A stretch of 64,000 nt of DNA from an uncultured delta proteobacterium. GTDB taxonomy: Bacteria; Myxococcota_A; Polyangia; Polyangiales; JAFGIB01. A program made the translations under genes and the position numbers. The notes under the pieces are model-generated. The model was given only the letters and a program-made list of their open reading frames with translations, made no database searches and was not told the DNA's origin. Every line of letters starts with the position of its first letter. Position 1 is the first letter of the stretch. Below, one piece after another: positions 46,701 through 54,860 of this stretch. The stretch is from positions 64,001 to 128,000 of the forward strand of contig CAVZVA010000008.1 of the NCBI GenBank assembly GCA_963778655.1. The letters run 5' to 3'.

Positions 46701-47836
46701 TCGGCCTGGGACGCGCGCGCGATGCGGCTTCGAGCGCGGCGTTCCGCGACGCGCTGCACGCCGACCCGAGCCCCTACGTGCGCGCGTCGGCCGCGCTCGC
46801 GCTGGGTCAGAGCGGCGACCGCAAGGCGGGCGCGGCGCTCACGGCCGCGCTGCGCACCGAGCCTCCGCAGAGCGCGGCCGCGGTCGCGCTTGCGCTCGGG
46901 CTGCTGGGCGACCGCACCGCTTCCGAGCCGCTGTGCGAGGCGCTGTTCGCGGGCGAGGCCGTGGTGCGCCGCGCCGCGCTCTGGTCGCTGCGCGTGCTGG
47001 CCGCCGCCCCCCAGAGCGAGCACCCCACCCCGCCGGAGCTGCCCGAGCCCGACGAGCGGCTGTCGCTCTCGCCTTTGATCGAGAGCTGGCTGGCGCGCGA
47101 GCCGCAAGCGCCCGCCGCCCAGGCGCTCGCGGCGTTCGCGCGCGAGCTGCAGGAAGCCGCCGAGGCTGCGCTGCAAGGCCCGCCGGCCAGCGCGCGCACC
47201 GCGCTGCGGCTGCTGTCGGGCGCCGATCCCCTGCTGGTGCCGCCCGGCGGCCCGCGTGGGGCCGCGCTCGAGGCGCTGATCGCCGCGCTGCGCCCGGCGC
47301 TGCTCGCGCTCGGCAGCCATCCCGACCCGGCGTTGCGGGCGGCCTCGATCGCGCTGCTCGCGTCGGCCCCGGCGGCCGACGCCGCACGCAGCCTGACCGC
47401 GGCGCTCGACGACGGCGACGAGCAGGTGCAGAGCGCCGCGCTGGCGCGCGTCGGCCCGGGCGTGGGCGACGCGCACATCGTGCAGCGGGTGGCGGCGATC
47501 GCGCAGCGCGACGCGCGCTGGTGGATGCGGCTGCGCGCGGTCCAGGCGCTGGGCCGCATCGGCGGCGAAAGCGCCACCCGCCAGCTGTTGCCGGTGCTCC
47601 AGCACGATGCCTACGCCTACGTGCGCGAGGCCGCCGCCGCCGCGCTGGGCAGCGTGCAGGCCGCCCAGGCCGTGCCGGCCCTGGCCCAGACCCTGGGCGA
47701 CCCCGAGCCCCGGGTGCGGCTGGCCGCAGCCCGCGCCTTGCTCGCAATCGGCGGTCCAGGCGCCGAGCAGGCCCTCGCGCGCATGGACACGGCGACCCGC
47801 GCCGCGCTCAAATCGACGGGCCAGCCGCGCAATTGA
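43772..47836 (+). CDS. Large exported TPR plus HEAT-repeat protein
   Basis: GTG start gives the signal peptide (M)RRKALLLAVLLWPALVRA; many TPRs followed by HEAT/PBS repeats (DPSPYVRASAALALG, DPEPRVRLAAARAL). Confidence 0.8.
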   Translation: MRRKALLLAVLLWPALVRADDWSLTRPAAPPARARGTRPPPSAKPAKASEQPQRLRARYLHVLLAEPAQAFALERLLSLYRERDGNLDGLAAELAQRAVPAAQRYALWLLRGEVAAARAQRDEARAAYAQAAALRPDAAAPLRAGAELERQAGAPEQAEALLQQALQRTKQTPERAAILRELGALALDRHDYAAAESRFDALAAGAKTGVFERAEYARALAARGEHARAVDAYQKALQALRGDARVQAPLLLEMARSRLEAGGGPAALATLDRARALAPAGSGLRHEVDEALVETERRLGQLPALAARLEAEHGGGTEQSELLGRIYEELGDSARALAAFRRALGREPRRLELRERVIRILTEQGDLGQAIAEYRALLGVAPREPRYVIELAKLLMESGKRDQALALLGQTERRFPRDARILRSLFDLYTRWNEQARALAVLTALSRVEPDDPTHYVALGEQLLERGDQAGALAAWRRILEVVPDKARAHATLAGTYLDHDMPERALAEYQAAVQAQPDQVDLVRGLAETLEKLQRSGEAAERWQQVLSLSTDRAQRREARRRVVRLWGASGQLEQRTAELARAFQWPPSAQAAAGAKPDVEAGRFLAECYRTLGTGRRRVPADARYLDLSERVLSRVLELAPGDVESMLALERLRVLRGNLPGAIEVLSRLLKADPKNARSYLTRMAEHSLAIYRDDDAIGYAERLVALNPKDAKAHERLGDLYRTRQHTERAIASYERALALDENALPVAAELAELYLSRGDTDKAAALLRRVVRASPDDELVKRAARSLIQQDLGTPRLAAFEQTLLPLALGNPQRPVYRALLIELYGALAQPLIERVRGGGAAAQAAQAELRAIGQRAIKPLLEALADGDGGQRREAIDLLGHLHNEHAAAALLAAAEHGAEIPLRRRALLAAGAVAGPALAPRFAALARAPERPLRAAAAWGLARMDGAAVRVRLRALLSSNTPGVRAQALLGLGRARDAASSAAFRDALHADPSPYVRASAALALGQSGDRKAGAALTAALRTEPPQSAAAVALALGLLGDRTASEPLCEALFAGEAVVRRAALWSLRVLAAAPQSEHPTPPELPEPDERLSLSPLIESWLAREPQAPAAQALAAFARELQEAAEAALQGPPASARTALRLLSGADPLLVPPGGPRGAALEALIAALRPALLALGSHPDPALRAASIALLASAPAADAARSLTAALDDGDEQVQSAALARVGPGVGDAHIVQRVAAIAQRDARWWMRLRAVQALGRIGGESATRQLLPVLQHDAYAYVREAAAAALGSVQAAQAVPALAQTLGDPEPRVRLAAARALLAIGGPGAEQALARMDTATRAALKSTGQPRN

Positions 47837-47907
47837 CGACTTTCGGTCCAATCCACTACACAATGGGACTCTCACGGCTCTAGCCAGCGCTCGGCCTGGG
47901 GCGCGGT

Positions 47908-48882
47908 GTGACCCGTCAGGGGCAAGGATTGGACTTCGAGGTCGGGATAGCCTGTGGCCAATGCGACACGTTCAATCCGGTCGGTGTCCGAGCCTGCAGC
48001 GCCTGCGCTCACCCGCTGGCGTTGAGCCGCAACGAATCCAAGGCCTTCGACCAATCAGCCGCAGCTAAACTCTCACCCTCCGAGGAAGAAGCGATGGAGC
48101 AAGCACGCAACTACGTCTGCCGCGAGTGCTCGACGCCGGTGCCGTCCGGACACAAGTTTTGCGGCACCTGTGGCGCCAGCGTTCCGCCGGAGGTCGTCGA
48201 GCTGCGCACCAAGTACTTCGGCGCGATGCAGACACCGGGCAAGGCGCGCCTGATCCTGATCCGCGGTGATTCCGGAGTCGACGGCTTGAGCTACATGCTG
48301 CAGGGCACCGAGCACATCGCCGGCCGCGAGGACGGGCAGATCCTCTTCCCCGAGGACGGCTGGCTCAGCCGACGCCACGCCAACTTCGTCTACGACAACG
48401 GCCAGCTGGTGGTGCGCGACGAGGGCAGCCTCAATGGCGTGTACGTACGGGTGAGGGAGAGCGCGCCGCTCTCGTTCGGCGACAACTTCCTGTGCGGTGA
48501 GCAGCTCTTTGTGCTCGAGCCGCCGCCCGAGGACACCGCCGGCCCCGCCCCCGACCAGACCTATTTCTATTCCTCGCCGCGTAAGGCCTGCAGCTTTCGC
48601 ATCGTGCAGATGGTGGTAGGCGGTGCGCGCGGGATGGAGCACTGCTCGCTCGGCTCGAGCGCCAAGATCGGGCGCGAGGATTGCGACGTCAATTTCCCCA
48701 CCGACGTGTACATGTCGGCGGTTCATGCCCGCGTCGACGCGGGCGCCGACGGCCGACTGACGCTGGTCGATCTGGGCTCCAAAAACGGGACCTACGTCCG
48801 CCTGCGCGCGCCGCAGCCACTCAAGCATGGCGACTACCTGTTCATGGGCAAGCAGCTTCTACGCGTCGAGATCACGGCGTGA
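47908..48882 (+). CDS. Double zinc-ribbon plus tandem FHA domain protein
   Basis: CGQC/CSAC and CREC/FCGTCG; two FHA motifs (GRE...SRRHA...SLNG; GRE...SAVHA...SKNGT). Confidence 0.88.
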   Translation: MTRQGQGLDFEVGIACGQCDTFNPVGVRACSACAHPLALSRNESKAFDQSAAAKLSPSEEEAMEQARNYVCRECSTPVPSGHKFCGTCGASVPPEVVELRTKYFGAMQTPGKARLILIRGDSGVDGLSYMLQGTEHIAGREDGQILFPEDGWLSRRHANFVYDNGQLVVRDEGSLNGVYVRVRESAPLSFGDNFLCGEQLFVLEPPPEDTAGPAPDQTYFYSSPRKACSFRIVQMVVGGARGMEHCSLGSSAKIGREDCDVNFPTDVYMSAVHARVDAGADGRLTLVDLGSKNGTYVRLRAPQPLKHGDYLFMGKQLLRVEITA

Positions 48883-48930
48883 GCGCCGCCAGCGCATTGA
48901 AATTGCGATGGAATCGCTTGTCCCCGAAGC

Positions 48931-48960
48931 TTGACCCCGGGATGGCAGCGAAACTATCCT
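48931..48960 (+). promoter_or_regulatory. Possible sigma70 promoter
   Basis: TTGACC, 18-bp spacer, TATCCT upstream of the second FHA gene. Confidence 0.45.
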
Positions 48961-49012
48961 CGGGCAGGCCGACGGTCCCGGTCGCTGGACGAGCCGGGTG
49001 GAGGAGGCGCCT

Positions 49013-50110
49013 GTGATTGTCTGCCCCAGGTGCAGCAAGGAAAACCAGGACCACTACAAGTTCTGCTTGGGTTGTGGCGCGGAGCTTCCGCGTGACGCGG
49101 CCAAGAAGGACTTCGTGGCCCGTGCCGGCACGACCGATCCGCCGCCGGCGCCGGCTGCCGCCGCGCGCCCGATCGACATGCCACGCGATCGCAATTTGCA
49201 GTTCGCAGCCACGCAGCAGGGCGATGTGATCCCGACCTCGGGCGGCGGCGCCGCGCAGGCCGTGGCGGCGGCGCCGCAGGCGGTTTCCGCGCCGCCGCCG
49301 GTGCGCGCGCCCGCGCCCGATTTGCACAGCTGCCCGGCGTGCGGAAATCCCGTGCCGGCCGACTTCAAGTTCTGCGGCACTTGCGGGCACCGCATCACGC
49401 CGGGCGCTGCGGCGGCGCCCGCGCCCGCGGCGGCGCCCGCGGCGGCGCCCGCGCCGGCACCCGTGGCTGCGTCCAGCGGTCAGGCGCGCGGCAAGCTCGT
49501 GCTGATCAACCCCGATGGCTCGGAGGGCAGCTCGTATACGCTGTCGGACGGCGCCAACAGCATCGGCCGCGACACCGGCAAGCTGTTTTCCGGCGACGCC
49601 TATCTCTCGCCGGTGCACGCAACCCTGACCTTCGGGGGCGACGGCTGCACCGTGCGCGATGAGCACAGCCTCAACGGCGTCTACGTCAAGATCGGTCGGG
49701 ACCGGCCGGTGCGGTTGAGCCACGGCGATGTGTTCCGCATCGGCCAGGAGATCATTCGCTTCGAGGTCATGCCGCCGGCCCAGTCGATCGACGGCGTGGA
49801 GCCGATGGGCAGCCCCAATCCCGGCTACCTCGGGCGCATCGCGCTGGTCATCGGTCGCGAGACCGTAGGCAATACCTACCCGATCGCTCCGGACGGAATG
49901 CACATAGGTCGTGAGCGCGGCGACGTGATTTTTCCCGAGGACGGCTACGTTTCGGGCCTGCACTGCCGCATCCATCATGATGGCTCTGCGATCGTGCTGA
50001 CCGACGTGGGCAGCTCGAACGGGACCTTCCTGCGCATTCGCGGCGAGCGCCGCCTCTCGAGCGGCGAGCTGCTGCTGATGGGCCAGCAGCTCTTCCGGCT
50101 GAATTACTAG
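49013..50110 (+). CDS. Double zinc-ribbon plus tandem FHA domain protein (paralogue of the upstream gene)
   Basis: CPRC..FCLGCG and CPAC..FCGTCG; FHA motifs GRD...SPVHA...SLNG and GRE...SGLH...SSNGT; GGAGG RBS before the GTG. Confidence 0.88.
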   Translation: MIVCPRCSKENQDHYKFCLGCGAELPRDAAKKDFVARAGTTDPPPAPAAAARPIDMPRDRNLQFAATQQGDVIPTSGGGAAQAVAAAPQAVSAPPPVRAPAPDLHSCPACGNPVPADFKFCGTCGHRITPGAAAAPAPAAAPAAAPAPAPVAASSGQARGKLVLINPDGSEGSSYTLSDGANSIGRDTGKLFSGDAYLSPVHATLTFGGDGCTVRDEHSLNGVYVKIGRDRPVRLSHGDVFRIGQEIIRFEVMPPAQSIDGVEPMGSPNPGYLGRIALVIGRETVGNTYPIAPDGMHIGRERGDVIFPEDGYVSGLHCRIHHDGSAIVLTDVGSSNGTFLRIRGERRLSSGELLLMGQQLFRLNY

Positions 50111-50117
50111 AGAGAAT

Positions 50118-50186
50118 CACAGGAAGGCGGGAAGACGGGAAGTCCGCGCGGCGGTCAGCTCTTCCTGGCTTCGCGCCCTGCTGGTG
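50118..50186. repeat. Dispersed imperfect inverted-repeat element, copy 3, overlapping the hydrolase 3' end
   Basis: Left arm CACAGGAAGGCGGGAAGACGGGAAG; right arm reverse complement CACCAGCAGGGCGCGAAGCCAGGAAG. Confidence 0.55.
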
Positions 50187-51060
50187 CGTCTTTCACCCAA
50201 TCGATGCGCTCGAGGAAGGCGTCGATGTGCTGGTTGATGACGTCCGCGCGCTCCAGCGGCGCTGCGTGGCTGGCGCCCTCGAGCTCCAGGTACTGCGCGC
50301 CGGGGATGCGCTCCGCTAGCTCGCGTACGATCTCGACCGGCGTGAAGGTGTCGCGCTCGGCGGAGATCACCAGCACCGGCACCTGCACCTCGGGCAGCAG
50401 GTCCTCGGCGCTGTGCTCGCCGGCCTTGCGCAGCATCTCCAGATACAGGTCCAGATCGATGTCGGACAGGTGCTCGACGTACTGGCGAAAGTCCTCCGCC
50501 GATATCGCGGGCCCGTCGATCTCGCCGATCCAGCCCGCCACCTTGAAGGCGAATTGCGGCGGCAGCCGTCCCCACAGCGCGCGCGCCACGCCCTCATGTT
50601 TGTGAACTTGCTCGATCAGCATCGGCAGCGCGCGGTGCAGCCAGTCGCTGCCGTGGAAGGTGCGCGTGATGCGGCCGTAGCTGCCGCAGATCAGCACCAG
50701 GCCCGCGATGCGTTGCGGCTCGCGGCGGTAGGCCTCGAGCGCAACCTGGGTGCCCATCGAATGCGCGATCAGCACCGCCTGGTCCAGGGCCGCGCTGTCC
50801 ATCACGCGCAACACGTCGTCGGCAAGCGTGAGGATGTCGGTGGCGTGCGGGTCACGCGACGAGCCGCTGCGACCGTGCCCGCGATAGTGGGTGTGAACGA
50901 CTCTGTGGCTAACGCTCAGGTGCGGCTGGATATGGTTCCATGCCCAGCCGTCGCACCCGATTCCGTCCAGGAGCACTAACGCAGGGCCGCTGCCACGCAC
51001 GGCATAGAACAGCCGGCTGCCGTCTTGCGCGGAGGCGAAACCCCTCGCGTCGTACTCCAT
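50155..51060 (-). CDS. Alpha/beta hydrolase
   Basis: YRGHGRS, AHSMG nucleophile elbow, ERDTFTP, ASHAAPLE. Confidence 0.92.
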   Translation of the reverse strand: MEYDARGFASAQDGSRLFYAVRGSGPALVLLDGIGCDGWAWNHIQPHLSVSHRVVHTHYRGHGRSGSSRDPHATDILTLADDVLRVMDSAALDQAVLIAHSMGTQVALEAYRREPQRIAGLVLICGSYGRITRTFHGSDWLHRALPMLIEQVHKHEGVARALWGRLPPQFAFKVAGWIGEIDGPAISAEDFRQYVEHLSDIDLDLYLEMLRKAGEHSAEDLLPEVQVPVLVISAERDTFTPVEIVRELAERIPGAQYLELEGASHAAPLERADVINQHIDAFLERIDWVKDAPAGREARKS

Positions 51061-51072
51061 GTCCCGCAGGCT

Positions 51073-51276
51073 TCAGGAGGCCTTGGCCTCGTCGTCGTCG
51101 CCCTCGGGTATGTCATTGACTGAAGGCAGCTTGCGGATGTCGGAGAGGCCGATCTTGACGCAGCGCTGCACGATCCACGACAGGGAGCGGTCCAATCGGG
51201 CGGCTTCCTTCTGGATCTCCTGCAGCATGCTTTCCGGGAAGTAGAGGCTCTGCTTGCGCTTATCTGTGGCCGACAT
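51073..51276 (-). CDS. TIGR04563-family small myxobacterial protein (ribbon-helix-helix-like)
   Basis: MSATDKRKQSLYFPESMLQEIQKEAARLDRSLSWIVQ...LPSVND. Confidence 0.82.
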   Translation of the reverse strand: MSATDKRKQSLYFPESMLQEIQKEAARLDRSLSWIVQRCVKIGLSDIRKLPSVNDIPEGDDDEAKAS

Positions 51277-51355
51277 GCTCCCCTGTTCCTCCATAGGCGC
51301 GAGTATGCGCCAATCTCATTGCTCGCGTAGCAAGGGCTCGCAGGTACATTAGAGT

Positions 51356-51372
51356 ACGACATCACATGTCGT
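51356..51372. promoter_or_regulatory. Palindromic operator candidate between divergent genes
   Basis: ACGACAT-cac-ATGTCGT abutting a minus-strand TTGACA (51372-51377). Confidence 0.45.
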
Positions 51373-51410
51373 GTCAACGAATCGCCGTTAGTTCCCGCCG
51401 CGGGGTCCAC

Positions 51411-52772
51411 ATGAACCGAGCATGGCCTTGCTTGGCCACAGGCGCGCTGCTCGGTGCGCTTGCAGTCTGCGTACCGCCCACTGCGCGCGCCGAGCCACAG
51501 GCTTCGAGCCCCTACCGTAAGCTCGAGATCTTTGCGCGCGCCCTTGCGCACATCGAACAGAGTTACGTGAGCGAGGTCGACAGCGACCAGCTCATCTATG
51601 GTGCGATACGTGGGATGTTAGGCGTGCTGGACCCACATTCCTCGTTCATGGACCCGGAGCAGTTCCGGATCCTGGCCAGCGACTCCGAGGGTCGCTACGG
51701 CGGCGTCGGCATCGAGATCGACGCCCGCGACGGCTGGCTCACCGTGGTCTCGGTCTTCGACAAGGGGCCGGCCGCGCGCGCCGGGGTGCAACCCGGCGAC
51801 CGCTTCCTCGCCATCGAAGGGGAGGGCGCCCGCGACATGCCGATCGATCAGGCCCAGGAGCGCATGCGGGGCGAGCCCGGAACCGTGGTGCACGTGACGC
51901 TGCGCCGGCCCGGCAGCGACGACGCGCTCGAGCTGAGCCTGACGCGCGAGGTGATCGAGGTCCAGGCGGTGGACGCGCGCGTGCTCGCGGACCGCAGCGT
52001 GTACTTGCGGCTCAAGGTGTTTCAGGAGACCACCGCCTCCGAGCTGCGCGAGGCGCTCGACCGGGCCGTCGAGAGCACCGCGGCGCACGGCGGCGTCTCC
52101 GGTCTGGTGCTCGATCTGCGCGACAACCCTGGCGGCTTGGTCAGCTCGGCGGTGCTGGTGGCCGACGAGTTTCTGCGTGAAGGTGTGATCGTGTCGACGC
52201 GCGGCCGCGGCAACCGCTTGCTGCGCGAGCAGCGCGCGAGCGCCGCGGGCACCCGCCCGGACTGGCCGATGGTAGTGCTGGTCAACGGCTTCACCGCGAG
52301 CGCCGCGGAGATCGTCGCCGGCGCTCTGCGCGACAACCGGCGCGCGGTGGTGGTCGGCACGCGCACTTTCGGCAAAGGCAGCGTGCAGAACGTGATCGAG
52401 CTGCCCGATCAGAGCGCGCTCAAGTTGACCACGGCGTTCTACTACACGCCCAGCGGCCGCTCGATCCAGGCCCGCGGCATCGAGCCCGACGTCGAGATCG
52501 AGCAGCTCGACCCCGCGGCCCTGGCCCAAGCGCGCAAGCAGCAGCACGAGGAGCTGAGTGAGGCCGCGCTGGCGCAGCACCTGCAAGCGCAGCCCGCGCA
52601 ACCCGCACAGCCGGCGCAGGCCCCTGCGCTGCCAGCGGCCTCGGATCGCGGCGCACGCAGCCCGGCCCAGGCGGCGCAGGCGAGCGCGACCGAGCCGTTT
52701 GCCGACGACTTCCAGGCACGCATGGCCCACGAGGTCTTGCGCGCGCTGATCGCCGCCCGCGCCACGCGTTGA
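51411..52772 (+). CDS. ctpA: S41 family carboxyl-terminal processing protease
   Basis: LDPHS, GGVGIEI (PDZ), DLRDNPGG, TASAAEIVAGAL, TFGKGSVQ, YYTPSGRSIQ. Confidence 0.92.
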   Translation: MNRAWPCLATGALLGALAVCVPPTARAEPQASSPYRKLEIFARALAHIEQSYVSEVDSDQLIYGAIRGMLGVLDPHSSFMDPEQFRILASDSEGRYGGVGIEIDARDGWLTVVSVFDKGPAARAGVQPGDRFLAIEGEGARDMPIDQAQERMRGEPGTVVHVTLRRPGSDDALELSLTREVIEVQAVDARVLADRSVYLRLKVFQETTASELREALDRAVESTAAHGGVSGLVLDLRDNPGGLVSSAVLVADEFLREGVIVSTRGRGNRLLREQRASAAGTRPDWPMVVLVNGFTASAAEIVAGALRDNRRAVVVGTRTFGKGSVQNVIELPDQSALKLTTAFYYTPSGRSIQARGIEPDVEIEQLDPAALAQARKQQHEELSEAALAQHLQAQPAQPAQPAQAPALPAASDRGARSPAQAAQASATEPFADDFQARMAHEVLRALIAARATR

Positions 52773-52833
52773 ACGCACGGTTCGTGGCGCGCGCTTTCTT
52801 GGAAGGGGGCGCCGCCGGCGATACGGTCCGGCG

Positions 52834-53352
52834 ATGCGGGGGCTGGCGTTGCTCTGGCTCGGTTGGCTGAGCGCGGGCTGCGCGCCCCGCGCCGGCGGAA
52901 GCGTGGCTGTGGCGACCGAGCACGCGGCGCCCCAGCTACAGCGCTTTGCATCGTTCGATCGCTGGGCGCGCCGGGCGGCCAGCGCCGGCGGAGGCCGCGG
53001 TCGCGGCGAGGATGGGCTTGCCGAGGCGGTGTTCGCGCCGATCCGCGACCAGCCTTCCGTGCTTGCCGCGTGGGTGCAGCTCGAGGGCGCGCGCGGCCGC
53101 ACGGTGGCGCTGCCGGCGGGCGCCGCACCGCCTGCCGCCCCGGCCTGGGTCGACTTGCGCGATCCGGCGCTCGGCGTGCTGCGCGTGGCCACGCAGCAGC
53201 CCTGCGCGATCGTGCTGCGCTCTCGCGCTCGCGTCCGGCGGTCTCGCCAGCCCGAGTCGAACCCGCCCGCGTGCGTGCTGATCTCGCGGCACGCGCCGGC
53301 CGTTCCGAGCGCGATCACGGTGACGGTCGCCTTCCGCGAACCGTGGGACTAG
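52834..53352 (+). CDS. Hypothetical lipoprotein
   Basis: Lipobox LSAGC after a hydrophobic leader; 4-bp overlap with the convergent gene. Confidence 0.5.
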   Translation: MRGLALLWLGWLSAGCAPRAGGSVAVATEHAAPQLQRFASFDRWARRAASAGGGRGRGEDGLAEAVFAPIRDQPSVLAAWVQLEGARGRTVALPAGAAPPAAPAWVDLRDPALGVLRVATQQPCAIVLRSRARVRRSRQPESNPPACVLISRHAPAVPSAITVTVAFREPWD

Positions 53353-54077
53353 CGCAGGCCGAGGAAGCTGGCCGCCAGATAGCCGAGCGCCGCGATCAAC
53401 AGTATCCCGACCACGCCCACCGCGATCAGCATGCCGGTACGCTGCTTGGGCAGCTCGGGCGCGGACAGCGAGGAATCGGTGTCGTAGCGGCGTGCGGGCG
53501 CCGGCTCGCGCGCAGCCGCAAACCGCTGCGAGTCCTCGCGCGGCGCCGGCGTCTCGGCTGCGGGCATCGCATGCGCCGCCGGCGGGGGATCGGCCACCGC
53601 CCGAGCGGGTTGTGGCGCGGGCGCTGCGGCCGCAGGCGCGGCTTCGGGTAGCTGCGAGGTCTGGGCCAGCGCGGGATCGGGGTGCCGCTTGGGCGCCGGC
53701 TCCGTGGTCGCGGTGCTCGAAACCGCGTCGGGGCCGCCTGCCGCCGGGGGCGGCGCTTTGGGCGCGGCCGGCGCACGGACCGGAGGTGGCGGCAGCCCCG
53801 GCCCCCCGGTTCCCAGCATGGTGGCCTTCATCACCTTGCTGGGTCCGGCCGCGGGCTTGGGCGGCGGCGCGGGCTTGGGCGGCTCGGGCGCAGGCTTGGC
53901 CGCGGCCGGCGGCGCGCTCGGCTGCGGCGCGCTCGGCTGCGGCGCCGCACCCGCTTGCATCATCATCGTGCCCTTGAAGCGAGCGCCCTTGGACTTGGGC
54001 GCGACCTCGGCGCCGCACGCGATGCACTTGATCGCCTGCTCGGCGACTTGCTTCCCGCACTGCGGACAAAAGGCCAT
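53349..54077 (-). CDS. Zinc-ribbon, Pro/Ala-rich, C-terminally anchored membrane protein
   Basis: MAFCPQCG...CIACG, KGTMMM and KATMLG motifs, C-terminal transmembrane helix. Confidence 0.75.
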   Translation of the reverse strand: MAFCPQCGKQVAEQAIKCIACGAEVAPKSKGARFKGTMMMQAGAAPQPSAPQPSAPPAAAKPAPEPPKPAPPPKPAAGPSKVMKATMLGTGGPGLPPPPVRAPAAPKAPPPAAGGPDAVSSTATTEPAPKRHPDPALAQTSQLPEAAPAAAAPAPQPARAVADPPPAAHAMPAAETPAPREDSQRFAAAREPAPARRYDTDSSLSAPELPKQRTGMLIAVGVVGILLIAALGYLAASFLGLR

Positions 54078-54231
54078 CGGTTGCACCCAAGCGCGCGAAT
54101 CGACCGTCGTCCGATCGTAACGCGTCCCTTCCTACGAGGGAAGATCCTTGCGGGCAGCGCGGTCGGCGCGGGCATGCGCCCGGCGCACGCGTGGCTGCGT
54201 TTCGAGCGCGGCCACGCTGCACTTTGCGTCC

Positions 54232-54260
54232 TTGACATGCGGGTAGAGCACGCCTAGCGT
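54232..54260 (+). promoter_or_regulatory. Sigma70-type promoter of the nuoEFJKLMN operon
   Basis: TTGACA, 17-bp spacer, TAGCGT; same boxes and spacing as the nuoD promoter. Confidence 0.65.
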
Positions 54261-54348
54261 TCGCCGGCAGGCGTGTCCGGATGTGGCGCGAGCCCTCGCG
54301 GGCAACGCCTGGCGCAAAGGGTTTTCCTCGACTCAGGCCCGCTTCGCC

Positions 54349-54855
54349 ATGGCCTTCACGCTGTCCCCCGAATCCGAGAAGATCGTCGACGAGCTTCTCA
54401 CGCGATATCCGACCAAGCGCGCCACGTGCTTGCCGGTGCTGCACCTGTGCCAGCGGCAGGAGGGCTGGATCAGCCCCGAGGTGATCGAGTACGTGGCGAA
54501 GCGGCTGGAGCTGGCGACCAGCGAGGTCCAGGGCGTCGTCACCTTCTACACCATGTATCACCAGCACAAGGTGGCGGCGAACGTGGTGTGGGTGTGCCGC
54601 ACGCTGTCTTGCGAGCTGCGCGGCGCGCGCGCGGTGCAGAAGCACCTGGAGAAGCGCCTCGGTTGCGGCGTGGGCGGCAGCAGCAAGGACGGCAAGTTCA
54701 CGCTCAAGACCGCCGAGTGCCTGGCGGCCTGCGGCCAGGGACCGATGGTGCAGATCAACAACGATTACCATGAGAACCTGACCATCGAGAAGCTCGACCG
54801 CATTATCGATGAGATCGCGGCCAAGACGCCGGCCGTGGCGGCCGGCGCCAGGTGA
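54349..54855 (+). CDS. nuoE: NADH-quinone oxidoreductase subunit E
   Basis: VVTFYTMY, VCRTLSC, ECLAACGQGP (2Fe-2S ligands). Confidence 0.95.
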   Translation: MAFTLSPESEKIVDELLTRYPTKRATCLPVLHLCQRQEGWISPEVIEYVAKRLELATSEVQGVVTFYTMYHQHKVAANVVWVCRTLSCELRGARAVQKHLEKRLGCGVGGSSKDGKFTLKTAECLAACGQGPMVQINNDYHENLTIEKLDRIIDEIAAKTPAVAAGAR

Positions 54856-54860
54856 GAGCG

